From an uncultured Lachnospiraceae bacterium (GTDB lineage: Bacteria > Bacillota > Clostridia > Lachnospirales > Lachnospiraceae): DNA of 64,000 bases. Made by a program: the position numbers and the translations under genes. The stretch's first letter is position 1; the number at the start of each line of letters is the position of its first letter. The DNA is taken from contig CAJUQB010000014.1 in assembly GCA_910588285.1 (NCBI GenBank), positions 263-64,262 on the forward strand, given 5' to 3'. The notes beneath the pieces were generated by a model. The model was not told the origin of the DNA. It made no database searches and saw only the letters and a list, made by a program, of their open reading frames with translations. Of this stretch, positions 8,873-19,814 are shown piece by piece.

Positions 8873-11446
8873 ATGGACAAATATAAGGTAACAGGCATGA
8901 GCTGCGCGGCCTGCAGTGCCAGAGTGGAGAAGGCAGTCTCCGGGGTGGAGGGTGTGGCCAGCTGCTCCGTAAACCTTCTGACCAATTCCATGGGCGTGGA
9001 GGGGACAGCAGCCCCGGAGCAGGTGATTGCAGCCGTAGAGGCGGCAGGCTACGGCGCTGCCAGAGCAGACACAGAGAAGGCCCAGGCAGGGAGCAGGACG
9101 CCGGATTATGAGGAATCATGGAAGGATACGGAGACGCCCCGCATGAAACGGCGGCTGATTGCATCCCTGTGCCTGCTGCTTCCGCTGATGTATGTTTCCA
9201 TGGGCCATATGATGTGGAGCTGGCCGCTGCCGGAGCGCTTTGCCAATAACCTTGTGGGATTGGGCATGTTTCAGCTGCTGCTCACCACAGCAGTGATGGT
9301 AGTGAATCAGAAGTTCTTTATCAGCGGCTTTCGGGGGCTGCTGCACAGGTCTCCCAACATGGATACCCTGGTGGCCCTTGGGGCCGGGGCCTCCTACGGG
9401 TACAGCCTGTTTGCGCTGTTTGCCATGACAGAGGCTCAGATTTCCGGGGACGGGACTATGGTCATGCACTATATGCATGAATTTTATTTTGAGTCTGCGG
9501 CTATGATCCTGACGCTGATCACAGTGGGCAAGATGCTGGAGGCCCGCTCCAAGGGCAAGACTACGGATGCCCTAAGAAGCCTGATGAAGCTGGCGCCCAA
9601 GACGGCAGTGGTGATCCGGGACGGGCAGGAGACGGAGATTTCTATTGAACAGGTACAGCGGGGAGATCATTTTGTAGTGCGGCCCGGCGAGCATATTCCG
9701 GTGGACGGCGTCGTGCTGGAGGGGGGAAGCGCGGTGAATGAGGCATCGCTGACCGGTGAGAGCATTCCGGTGGATAAGGAGCCGGGAGATACCGTGTCGG
9801 CAGCAACCCTGAACCAGTCGGGCTTTCTCAAGTGTGAGGCCACCCGGGTGGGGGAGGATACCACTCTGTCCCAGATTATCCAGATGGTCAGCGATGCGGC
9901 TGCCACCAAGGCGCCCATTGCCAAGGTGGCGGACCGTGTCTCGGGAGTGTTTGTGCCTGCGGTGATCCTTGTGGCGGCAGTGGCCATCCTGGCCTGGCTG
10001 CTTGGAGGTGAGAGCTTTGGCTTTGCCCTGGCCCGGGGGATTTCCGTACTGGTCATCAGCTGTCCCTGCGCCCTGGGCCTGGCTACGCCGGTGGCCATCA
10101 TGGTGGGCAATGGCGTGGGAGCGAAGCATGGCATTATGTTCAAGACGGCCGTCTCCCTGGAGGAGACCGGGAAGACCCAGATTGTGGCCCTGGATAAGAC
10201 GGGAACCATCACCAGTGGAGAGCCCAGGGTGACGGATCTCGTGGCGGCTGAAGGCTGCAGTGAGGAGGAGCTTTTGCATGCAGCCTTTGTGCTGGAGCAG
10301 AAAAGCGAGCATCCGCTGGCCCGGGCCATCCTGGCCATGGGCCAGGAGCAGGGAATGGCAGGGGAGGATCTGGAGGAATTTGAGGCTTTTGCCGGAAACG
10401 GCCTGGCCGGAATCTGGCAGGGGAGGAAGCTGACAGGCGGAAACCAGAATTTTATTGAAAGGTATGCCCCAGTGCCGGAACGCATTCGGCTTAGGGCAGA
10501 AGAACTGGCCGGCCAGGGCCAGACGCCTTTGTATTTTGCAGATGGCGGCAGGCTGCTGGGTGTCATTGCGGTGGCGGATGTCATCAAGGAGGACAGCCCC
10601 GCTGCCATCCGGCAGCTGCAGAATATGGGAATCCGCGTCGTGATGCTCACTGGGGATAATGAGCGGACAGCCAATGCCATTGGAAGGGAGGCCGGCGTGG
10701 ATCAGGTGATTGCAGGCGTTTTGCCCGACGGGAAGGAGGCTGTGATCCGTTCCCTGAAGGAACAGGGCAAGGTGGCCATGGTGGGAGACGGCATCAACGA
10801 TGCGCCGGCCCTGACCCGGGCGGATATCGGGATTGCCATTGGGGCAGGCACGGATATTGCCATTGACGCGGCGGATGTGGTGCTGATGAAGAGCCGGCTG
10901 ATTGACGTACCGGCTGCCATCCGCCTAAGCCGTGCAACCCTGCGCAATATCCATCAGAACCTGTTTTGGGCCTTCTTCTACAATGTGATTGGGATTCCCC
11001 TTGCAGCAGGCCTGTGGATCCCTCTGCTGGGCCTGAAATTAAATCCCATGTTCGGAGCGGCGGCCATGAGCCTCTCCAGTGTATGTGTGGTGAGCAACGC
11101 GCTGAGGCTGAATTTCTGTTCCATGTACGATGCGCGCAAAGATAAAAAAAGAAAGCAGCACATGAATCAAAATTCAAATCATGATTCAAATCAAAAATTA
11201 AATCAAAATTCAAATCAAAAAAAGGAGACAAAGGAAATGGAAAAAACAATGCAGATTAACGGAATGATGTGCGGTCACTGCGAGGCAGCAGTGAAAAAGG
11301 CTTTGGAGGCCTTGGAGGGTGTGACGGAGGCTGTGGTCAGCCATGAGGCGGGAACGGCTGTGGTGAAAATGAGCACAGAGGTAGCGGATGACGTGTTGAA
11401 AAAGACCGTGGAGGACAAGGAGTACCAGGTTGTAGGGATCCGTTAG
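8873..11446 (+). CDS. copA: copper-translocating P1B-type ATPase with N- and C-terminal HMA domains
   Basis: It has an N-terminal HMA domain (GMSCAACS) and the motifs CPCALGLATP, DKTGTIT and GDGINDAP. A second HMA domain (GMMCGHCE) follows an N/Q/S-rich linker at the C-terminus. I chose the start at MDKYKV with an upstream GGAAG RBS. Confidence 0.95.
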   Translation: MDKYKVTGMSCAACSARVEKAVSGVEGVASCSVNLLTNSMGVEGTAAPEQVIAAVEAAGYGAARADTEKAQAGSRTPDYEESWKDTETPRMKRRLIASLCLLLPLMYVSMGHMMWSWPLPERFANNLVGLGMFQLLLTTAVMVVNQKFFISGFRGLLHRSPNMDTLVALGAGASYGYSLFALFAMTEAQISGDGTMVMHYMHEFYFESAAMILTLITVGKMLEARSKGKTTDALRSLMKLAPKTAVVIRDGQETEISIEQVQRGDHFVVRPGEHIPVDGVVLEGGSAVNEASLTGESIPVDKEPGDTVSAATLNQSGFLKCEATRVGEDTTLSQIIQMVSDAAATKAPIAKVADRVSGVFVPAVILVAAVAILAWLLGGESFGFALARGISVLVISCPCALGLATPVAIMVGNGVGAKHGIMFKTAVSLEETGKTQIVALDKTGTITSGEPRVTDLVAAEGCSEEELLHAAFVLEQKSEHPLARAILAMGQEQGMAGEDLEEFEAFAGNGLAGIWQGRKLTGGNQNFIERYAPVPERIRLRAEELAGQGQTPLYFADGGRLLGVIAVADVIKEDSPAAIRQLQNMGIRVVMLTGDNERTANAIGREAGVDQVIAGVLPDGKEAVIRSLKEQGKVAMVGDGINDAPALTRADIGIAIGAGTDIAIDAADVVLMKSRLIDVPAAIRLSRATLRNIHQNLFWAFFYNVIGIPLAAGLWIPLLGLKLNPMFGAAAMSLSSVCVVSNALRLNFCSMYDARKDKKRKQHMNQNSNHDSNQKLNQNSNQKKETKEMEKTMQINGMMCGHCEAAVKKALEALEGVTEAVVSHEAGTAVVKMSTEVADDVLKKTVEDKEYQVVGIR

Positions 11447-11478
11447 AGCATGTTTAGCTTTCTGGCAGCTGTGCGTTA

Positions 11479-11560
11479 CACTTTGTGGGAGATTTGGGCC
11501 AAATGAAGGGTGCATAGCGGGCTATGTAACCTGAATTTGGTCCGAATATACCGCAAAGTG
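11479..11560 (+). other. 82-nt extended imperfect hairpin 3' of copA
   Basis: The arms are 11479-11504 and 11533-11560. Of 26 positions, 21 are Watson-Crick, 3 are G-U (valid only on the + strand) and 2 are mismatches. The apical part contains a nested 7-bp hairpin. No T-run follows. Confidence 0.5.
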
Positions 11561-12000
11561 GGGCGTGAAAGGCATTGGGAATAAGATGGGCACATCCCAA
11601 AAAGGTATTAGGGCAGGCCGCATATTTTAGTGCCTAGCGTAAGAAGGGGTTTATCACAAAAGTTCTGGTCAGATGCCGGAAAAGGCAGAAAAGCCTGGTT
11701 TTGTGGTAAGCCCTGCTTTTGTTTTTGACACGCAAAAATCCAGTAACAGCAAGGAAAACAGGAGATGGCGCCCGAATATCTGCAAGCGTAATTATGCACA
11801 TATTACAAAAATGAAGGACTTTTGCAGGGGCTCTTGATTTGGTCAATTATTCGTGTTATGGTACTTATATCATCTAATGTGAGTTCTTTCACGATCTGTT
11901 TTTCGGTTCATGGGAATATCCCCAAAGATTCACAGTAGAAGTTAAAATTGAGAATCTGGCGGGATGCGGTAAGGACGGCAGCCCTGCCGGCAAGGGAGGG

Positions 12001-12969
12001 ATGCTGGTGAAGATTATCTCACCAAAATATGATTTTTGCTTTAAGGAGCTGATGAGAAACCCGATAGTCAGAACATATTTTATCAGTGATATTCTGGATA
12101 TTCCAGTTGAAGAGATTCGGGAAACAAGGCTGTTAAATACTTTTCTGAGAAAAAGGTATCATGGGCAGAAATTGGGTATACTGGATATATTGGTGGAGCT
12201 TACAGACGGAACGAGGATCAACATTGAACTGCAGGCAAGGATTCAGGATGCATGGGATAAGCGCAGTATTTTTTACCTTGCCAAAACATATGTGGAGCCT
12301 CTTTCGGCTGGTGAGAATTACAGCCATCTGAACCGCTGTATCCATATCAGCCTGTTGGATTATAATCTGACAGATCGGGAGGAGTATCATACTGTTTACC
12401 GTCTGCGTGATAAGAATGGGTGTGAGTATTCGAACCTGTTGGAGGTGCACGTAATAGAATTGAATAAAGAGCTGAAAGGGAATGACAGGGTAGATGACTG
12501 GATACGTTTGTTTCAGGCTGTGAATGAGGAGGATTTGAATATGATAAGTGAAAAGAGCGTCGGTTTGCGGGAAGCAGTGAGAGAATTGAAGGAAATGAGC
12601 CTTACCAGACGTATGCGCCTGATTTATGAGGCACGCCAAAAAGCGATACGTGATCGCTATGCCGAGGATGAGTATGTGCGGAAGCATGCTGCGGAAGAAG
12701 GCTATCAGAATGGGTTTCAATTGGGAATAGAGCAAGGAATGGAACAGGGAATAGAACAAGGAATAGAACAGGGGATAGAACAAGGAATGGAACAAGGAAT
12801 AGAACAAGGAATAGAACAGGGGATAGAACAAGGAAGAGTCGCATTGATTGAGTCCTGCCAGCAGTTATCTATATCCAGGGAGGTTACAAAACAGATTTTG
12901 ATAGATAAATTTGCAGCTACAGAAGAAGGGGCTCGGCAGCTTTTAGAAAAGTTCTGGCATAAATCCTGA
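12001..12969 (+). CDS. Rpn-family (YhgA/transposase_31-like) PD-(D/E)XK nuclease
   Basis: The N-terminus ISPKYDFCFKELM and the catalytic stretch GILDILVEL...RINIELQ fit the family. The gene is AT-richer than its neighbours. The start could also be the GTG at 12007. Confidence 0.8.
   Translation: MLVKIISPKYDFCFKELMRNPIVRTYFISDILDIPVEEIRETRLLNTFLRKRYHGQKLGILDILVELTDGTRINIELQARIQDAWDKRSIFYLAKTYVEPLSAGENYSHLNRCIHISLLDYNLTDREEYHTVYRLRDKNGCEYSNLLEVHVIELNKELKGNDRVDDWIRLFQAVNEEDLNMISEKSVGLREAVRELKEMSLTRRMRLIYEARQKAIRDRYAEDEYVRKHAAEEGYQNGFQLGIEQGMEQGIEQGIEQGIEQGMEQGIEQGIEQGIEQGRVALIESCQQLSISREVTKQILIDKFAATEEGARQLLEKFWHKS
12727..12834 (+). repeat. in-frame 12-nt tandem repeat x9 (IEQG/MEQG), higher-order 48-nt period
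   Basis: Read directly from the sequence: ata-gaR-caR-ggR units with atg variants at 12739 and 12787. Confidence 0.95.
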
Positions 12970-13014
12970 TAAATGCAGAAAGTTATAAAAACTTTATAAA
13001 CTTCCAAAATTATA

Positions 13015-13043
13015 TTGACAAAAAAAACAGAGAGTGTTACTCT
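13015..13043 (+). promoter_or_regulatory. groESL promoter
   Basis: TTGACA, a 17-nt spacer, then TACTCT. The architecture is the same as the hrcA promoter at 41629. Confidence 0.5.
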
Positions 13044-13053
13044 AGGTACATAA

Positions 13054-15079
<2,026 letters not shown>

Positions 15080-15107
15080 GCGTAAGCTACAAGCCGTGAT
15101 AGAAAAA

Positions 15108-15162
15108 GGGATTTCGGCCCTCCAGGCAAATTTATTTGTCTGGAGGCCGAAATCCCTTTTTT
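15108..15162 (+). terminator. intrinsic terminator of groESL
   Basis: gggatttcggccctccag ... ctggaggccgaaatccc is followed by TTTTTT. Confidence 0.85.
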
Positions 15163-15183
15163 CGTATTCGGCGCCAGCCGGAT

Positions 15184-15212
15184 AGGCATGTGACGCTCTG
15201 CGTCACATGCCT
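15184..15212. repeat. perfect 13-bp inverted repeat, AGGCATGTGACGC-TCT-GCGTCACATGCCT
   Basis: Read from the sequence. No T-run follows on either strand. It shares the central GCTCTGC with the hairpin at 33111. Confidence 0.7.
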
Positions 15213-15393
15213 AAGCACGGCGAAAGTACAGAGAGACAAAAAAACCTATCCAGTGAAAACAAACAAAATTTACAGCAGCAAAAGACCTATCACATCAACG
15301 TTTACGATAGCTGCCCGGAAAGGCATAAAAGCGGGATTGAGCTGCCGGAGCCTTCCTCAAAACGGGGGGAGGGAGCGGAAGGATCTCACAGGG

Positions 15394-15528
15394 TCAAAAA
15401 GAGTCATCAAATGTGCAGTGGAGGAGATGATTCCTGTTGGTGAATTTCAGGACAAATATGGCAGCTTCAAGGATCAGGAAGAATGGGAGCAGCATTCCGA
15501 TGACGTATCCGAGATGAAATTCTTTCAT
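15394..15528 (-). CDS. possible 44-aa single-TM peptide (speculative)
   Basis: MKEFHLGYVIGMLLPFFLILEAAIFVLKFTNRNHLLHCTFDDSF, with a weak AAAGGA 12 nt upstream. It falls below the ORF-track cutoff and has no other support. Confidence 0.2.
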   Translation of the reverse strand: MKEFHLGYVIGMLLPFFLILEAAIFVLKFTNRNHLLHCTFDDSF

Positions 15529-15701
15529 GTTAACGCACATTCCTTTCTGTTATGAAGTGACTTTTGACTTCAAACTTCTATGGTTCAAAAAAAGCCGATT
15601 AAGAATGCGGGATCTGTCACTTTCCGTCAATGGTTCCGGATGTTAAGATAGACTTGGTTCCAATATTCTTTTCAAATATTAACAGATGAGGAGGAAACAG
15701 A

Positions 15702-17183
15702 ATGAAAAAAGCGGCAGCTTGGTTACTGGCAGGCAGTCTGTGCATCAGCCTGTTGGCAGGGTGCAGTAAGGATACGCCTGCATCAACGCCGGAACGAGGT
15801 TCCGACACAGCAGAGACGGAGGAAAATGAAGTGAAGCAGCAGGAGAACAAAAAAGAGGAGCCCAAGGGAATGGAACATGAAGCAGCGGAAAGCACGGCGT
15901 TGGTCCTGACTGTAAATCCCAATTATGAGGATGCCAAAAGCTACACCGTAGAAAAAAACAGCGGCGATAGGATAGGCGACGGAATTAATAACCCGGCCCG
16001 GCGGGGATATACCTTTCAGGGGTGGACGTATGATGAGGAGGGAAGCCAGGGCGTGGGCCCAGAGGATACTATAGATAAGAATCAAACTATCTATGCATCC
16101 TGGGAGGCCTGGGATGCGGCTACGGCGGAATGGATGGATACCGTACTGACTGAGGCAGAGCAGGCAAGATATATCAGCAATTTTCCAACCGCCTACACAA
16201 AGGAGAGCTTTGATGCATATATGACAATGGCAGCCCCGATTTTATTTCTGACCATGGGCGGCAATGTATTTCCCCAGGAAATGCAGGGGCTGGTATATGG
16301 GCTTGCAGGCGCCCGGGAGGCGTTGGAATTGGCGCCGAACGTATCGGATCCGGAGGATACCATTTGGTATATCTGGGGGGAAGACATAGCGGCAGAGCCG
16401 GAGGCGGGAAGCTACGACTATTATGGAACCTGGGATAATGCAGGATTCAAGCCTTTTCTTGTGCCCTGTATGCTGGAGAACCAGAATGAGGTGAAGGGAA
16501 ATATTATCCTGATTTCCGGCGGCGGTTTTGAACAGCGTGCTAACCGGTGGGAAGCCTATCCGGCTGCCGGGCGGTTTAACGATCTCGGATATAATTGCTT
16601 TATCCTGCAGCGCCGTGTGGCGCCTTCTAAACCTATTGATGCAGGACTTGACCTGCAGAGAGCTATACGCTATCTGAAATACCATGCCAAGGAGTATGGC
16701 ATTGCAAAGATCGAGAATCTGGCGGCAGCAGGATATTCTGGCGGCGGTTCCACAATCACCTATCAGGTGGAGCAGCTATATGGGGATATCCAGTCTACGG
16801 CAATCTATCCGGATTACCAGTGCGATGAGGTAGACGCTGTCAATGCCGACCTTGAGGCCATGATTATGGTATACAGTGCGATGCCCCTGGAAACGGAGAA
16901 TCCCAATATTCCGGATGCCTTTGTTGTGGTAGGGATTCAGGACGAGTATGGCCTTGAACAGAAAAGTATAGAGGCATTGTCCTGTTATGAGGCTCATGAC
17001 ATCCGCTACGAGGCACATTTCTTTTCCGATGCCGGCCATGGCTTTGGCCAAGGCTTTGGACTGAATGCCACAGCATATACGGATGAAAATGTGGAAAATG
17101 TCAAGGTATGGCCGTCATTGGCAGACCAATTTTTAAGAATTACCTTTGGCCTGGAAGAAAATATAACGGCCATGGGGCAATAA
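15702..17183 (+). CDS. secreted lipoprotein, Listeria-Bacteroides repeat + alpha/beta-hydrolase (esterase)
   Basis: It has a lipobox (LLAGC), a GYTFQGWTYDEEG...IYASW repeat, the nucleophile elbow GYSGGG and a C-terminal DAGHGF. Confidence 0.75.
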   Translation: MKKAAAWLLAGSLCISLLAGCSKDTPASTPERGSDTAETEENEVKQQENKKEEPKGMEHEAAESTALVLTVNPNYEDAKSYTVEKNSGDRIGDGINNPARRGYTFQGWTYDEEGSQGVGPEDTIDKNQTIYASWEAWDAATAEWMDTVLTEAEQARYISNFPTAYTKESFDAYMTMAAPILFLTMGGNVFPQEMQGLVYGLAGAREALELAPNVSDPEDTIWYIWGEDIAAEPEAGSYDYYGTWDNAGFKPFLVPCMLENQNEVKGNIILISGGGFEQRANRWEAYPAAGRFNDLGYNCFILQRRVAPSKPIDAGLDLQRAIRYLKYHAKEYGIAKIENLAAAGYSGGGSTITYQVEQLYGDIQSTAIYPDYQCDEVDAVNADLEAMIMVYSAMPLETENPNIPDAFVVVGIQDEYGLEQKSIEALSCYEAHDIRYEAHFFSDAGHGFGQGFGLNATAYTDENVENVKVWPSLADQFLRITFGLEENITAMGQ

Positions 17184-17283
17184 GCACCCTATTTGTCCAG
17201 ACAGAGGCGGCTTTTTTTGCAAGCTGTCTCCGGCAAACCATGACTATGAAAAGGGGCAGGGAAATAATGAAGATGGAAAGGAA

Positions 17284-18168
17284 ATGATAAATTTTCGGTG
17301 GGATCATTCGGAAAATTTTTTCCGGTTTCTGAAGCACCCCAATTATTTCCCGCCTATCAGGTTTTCCGGTGATTATATCAGTATGGGGTATATGCTGAAG
17401 GGCGTTGGCGTGATCTGGCACAGGTATCAGGGCAAGGAGGAACGCATCGTTTTACAGGAGGGAGATTTTTTTGCATTTGCCCCGGAAAGCATTCTGATGA
17501 ACGAGATATACGAACCGGAAAATATTCTGCTGGATGTGTCCATGTCGACGGATGTCTATAAGAGTTATTTTTTAAGCGCTATGGGCAGAGGCGGCCTGAC
17601 AGAGTTTATGGTCAATATGGTATGTCAGGATACGATGCCCGGGTATATATTATTTCATACCCATGCCGATAAAAAAATCCGGCAGTTATTTTACTGGGCC
17701 ATGCTGGAGCATCTGCAGGAATCCGAGGAAGCCTATGATCTGGTGGCCCTGTATATGGAGCTTATTTTTGCAAATATACAGAAATACCACAGCCAGGACG
17801 CAGAAATGCATTTTGCAGGCCAGCGGGCAGTCAGCCGAATGCCGGAGTTCTACACCTATCTGCAGGCAAACTGTGCGGATTTTTCCATGGAAGCCATGGC
17901 CAGGCATTTCCATTTCTCGGCATCTTATATCAGCCGGTGCTTTAAAAGATATGCCGGAAAAACCATACGGGATATTCTGATTGATATGCGTATGGAGCTG
18001 GCTGAAAAAATGCTGCGGGATACAGATATTGGGATCTGTGAAATTGCGGAGCAGGTGGGATATCAGGATCCCTCATATTTCATTGAAGCATTTAAAGCAA
18101 AACGGCAGGTGACGCCATTCCGATTTCGGAAAATGAAAAGAGAGGGATACGGTTTTCCGGAAGGATGA
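17284..18168 (+). CDS. AraC-family transcriptional regulator
   Basis: It has a cupin-like N-terminal domain and a C-terminal double HTH (FSASYISRCFKRYAGKT...IAEQVGYQDPSYF). Confidence 0.85.
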   Translation: MINFRWDHSENFFRFLKHPNYFPPIRFSGDYISMGYMLKGVGVIWHRYQGKEERIVLQEGDFFAFAPESILMNEIYEPENILLDVSMSTDVYKSYFLSAMGRGGLTEFMVNMVCQDTMPGYILFHTHADKKIRQLFYWAMLEHLQESEEAYDLVALYMELIFANIQKYHSQDAEMHFAGQRAVSRMPEFYTYLQANCADFSMEAMARHFHFSASYISRCFKRYAGKTIRDILIDMRMELAEKMLRDTDIGICEIAEQVGYQDPSYFIEAFKAKRQVTPFRFRKMKREGYGFPEG

Positions 18169-18199
18169 AAGGGCGCAGCCTACAGGTTGCGCCCTTTTC
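18168..18199. terminator. bidirectional terminator (AraC / argG convergent)
   Basis: The stem gggcgca ... tgcgccc is flanked by an A-run and a T-run. Confidence 0.7.
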
Positions 18200-18219
18200 C
18201 TGGAAATACCGGATGTTGT

Positions 18220-19443
18220 TTACTGATTTTTCAGAGCCTCCGCCATCTTCAATGCCCGCACCTTTAAGGGCAGTCCGAACAGGGTGATAAACCCGTCCGC
18301 ATCATGATGGTCATACAGGTCTCCGGTGGTGAAGCTTGCCAGGGACTCGCTGTAGAGGGAGTAGGGAGAGGTGGTTCCGGCCTTGATGATATTGCCCTTG
18401 TAGAGCTTGAACTTCACCTCGCCGGTCACATACCTCTGGGTGGATTCCACAAAGGCCTGGACAGCCTCCCGAAGGGGTGTGAACCATTTTCCTTCGTATA
18501 CGATCTGGGCCATCCGGTTGCCCATGTCCTTCTTTACCTCCATGGTGGCCCGGTCGAGAACCAGCTCCTCCAACTGCTGGTGAGCCTCCATCAGGATCGT
18601 TCCGCCGGGGGTCTCATACACGCCCCGGGACTTCATGCCAACCACGCGGTTCTCCACAATGTCCACAATGCCGATGCCATGCCTGCCGCCCAGATCATTG
18701 AGGGTGCGGATGATATCAGATACCTTCATCTCTTTGCCGTTGACCGTCTTGGGCACGCCTGCCTCAAAGGTCATGGTCACGTACTCCCCTTCATCAGGAG
18801 CTTTTTCCGGGGAAACGCCAAGCACCAGCAGATGATCGTAATTGGGTTCTGCTGCCGGGTCCTCCAGCTCCAGGCCCTCGTGGCTGATGTGCCACAGGTT
18901 TCGGTCACGGCTGTAGCTGGAATCTGCGGAGAAGGGCAGGTGAATGCCATGCTGCTTACAGTATTCGATCTCATCCTGCCGGGACTGCATGGTCCACACA
19001 TCGGTCATACGCCAGGGGGCGATGATCTTCAAGTCAGGAGCAAGTGCTTTGATGCCCAGCTCAAAACGAATCTGGTCATTGCCCTTGCCGGTGGCGCCAT
19101 GGCAGATGGCAGAAGCCCCTTCCTTTCTGGCAACCTCCACCAGACGCTTGGCAATGCCCGGACGGGCCATGGAGGTGCCTAAGAGATATTTGTTCTCATA
19201 GACAGCGCCGGCCTGGACGCAGGGCATAATGTAGTCATCGCAGAACTCGTCGGTAATGTCCTCAATATACAGCTTGCTGGCGCCGGAAAGCTTCGCGCGC
19301 TCCTCAAGGCCGTCAAGCTCCTCCCCCTGGCCGCAGTCAATACAGCAGCAGATTACTTCATAATCAAAATTCTCCTTCAGCCAGGGAATGATCGCAGTGG
19401 TATCAAGCCCGCCGGAATATGCCAAAACAACCTTTTCTTTCAT
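18220..19443 (-). CDS. argG: argininosuccinate synthase
   Basis: MKEKVVLAYSGGLDTT... begins after a GGAGGAG RBS. I prefer the start at 19443 to the track start at 19482. Confidence 0.97.
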   Translation of the reverse strand: MKEKVVLAYSGGLDTTAIIPWLKENFDYEVICCCIDCGQGEELDGLEERAKLSGASKLYIEDITDEFCDDYIMPCVQAGAVYENKYLLGTSMARPGIAKRLVEVARKEGASAICHGATGKGNDQIRFELGIKALAPDLKIIAPWRMTDVWTMQSRQDEIEYCKQHGIHLPFSADSSYSRDRNLWHISHEGLELEDPAAEPNYDHLLVLGVSPEKAPDEGEYVTMTFEAGVPKTVNGKEMKVSDIIRTLNDLGGRHGIGIVDIVENRVVGMKSRGVYETPGGTILMEAHQQLEELVLDRATMEVKKDMGNRMAQIVYEGKWFTPLREAVQAFVESTQRYVTGEVKFKLYKGNIIKAGTTSPYSLYSESLASFTTGDLYDHHDADGFITLFGLPLKVRALKMAEALKNQ

Positions 19444-19562
19444 GATTTCTCCTCCGTTTTCTATCATTGCAATATGATTCATGGTTTTTGCACATAGGAA
19501 TAATATACATCATTGCTTATAAAAATTCAAGTGAAAAAATATACATTTTGGAAAAATAAATA

Positions 19563-19709
19563 TGCATAAATATGTACAAAACAACGATATATCTTAAAAA
19601 GTATGCATATATATTTAATAAGGTAAATAAAGTTCCTATTCTGGAGAAACAGGAAATTGTGTAGAAATCAGGGCTTGCATCTTTTGCGGAATGAATGTAT
19701 AATTATGCA
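19563..19709. promoter_or_regulatory. candidate ARG boxes (ArgR/AhrC) in the divergent argG/argC control region
   Basis: This AT-rich region carries three TGnAT-W4-ATnnA-like 14-mers: TGCATAAATATGTA (19563), TGCATATATATTTA (19604) and TGTATAATTATGCA (19696). They match the consensus only partially. Confidence 0.4.
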
Positions 19710-19814
19710 GTGCGGAAATTGAGGAATGCGCATTGTATGTACATTTCCTTCCGGCGAAAGGATGCGGAAAGGATCCCTTAAGTTCAAAACAAATTTAGAA
19801 AAGAGAGTGAAGAA

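Noticed and set aside
12133-12831. A 232-aa minus-strand ORF with FYSLFY repeats, plus ORFs at 12602-12844 and 12717-13064.
   Set aside because: They are antisense readings of the IEQG repeat inside the well-supported Rpn nuclease gene.
12727-12834. Whether any of the tandem repeats (12727, 25652, 51187, 53433) could be a CRISPR array.
   Set aside because: The units are directly abutting with no unique spacers. Three of the four are in-frame coding or sub-30-nt periods, and there are no cas genes in the window.
15136-15555. A 139-aa plus-strand ORF after groEL.
   Set aside because: It starts inside the groEL terminator hairpin, has no RBS and has a basic low-complexity N-terminus. It is kept only as context for the speculative small minus-strand peptide.
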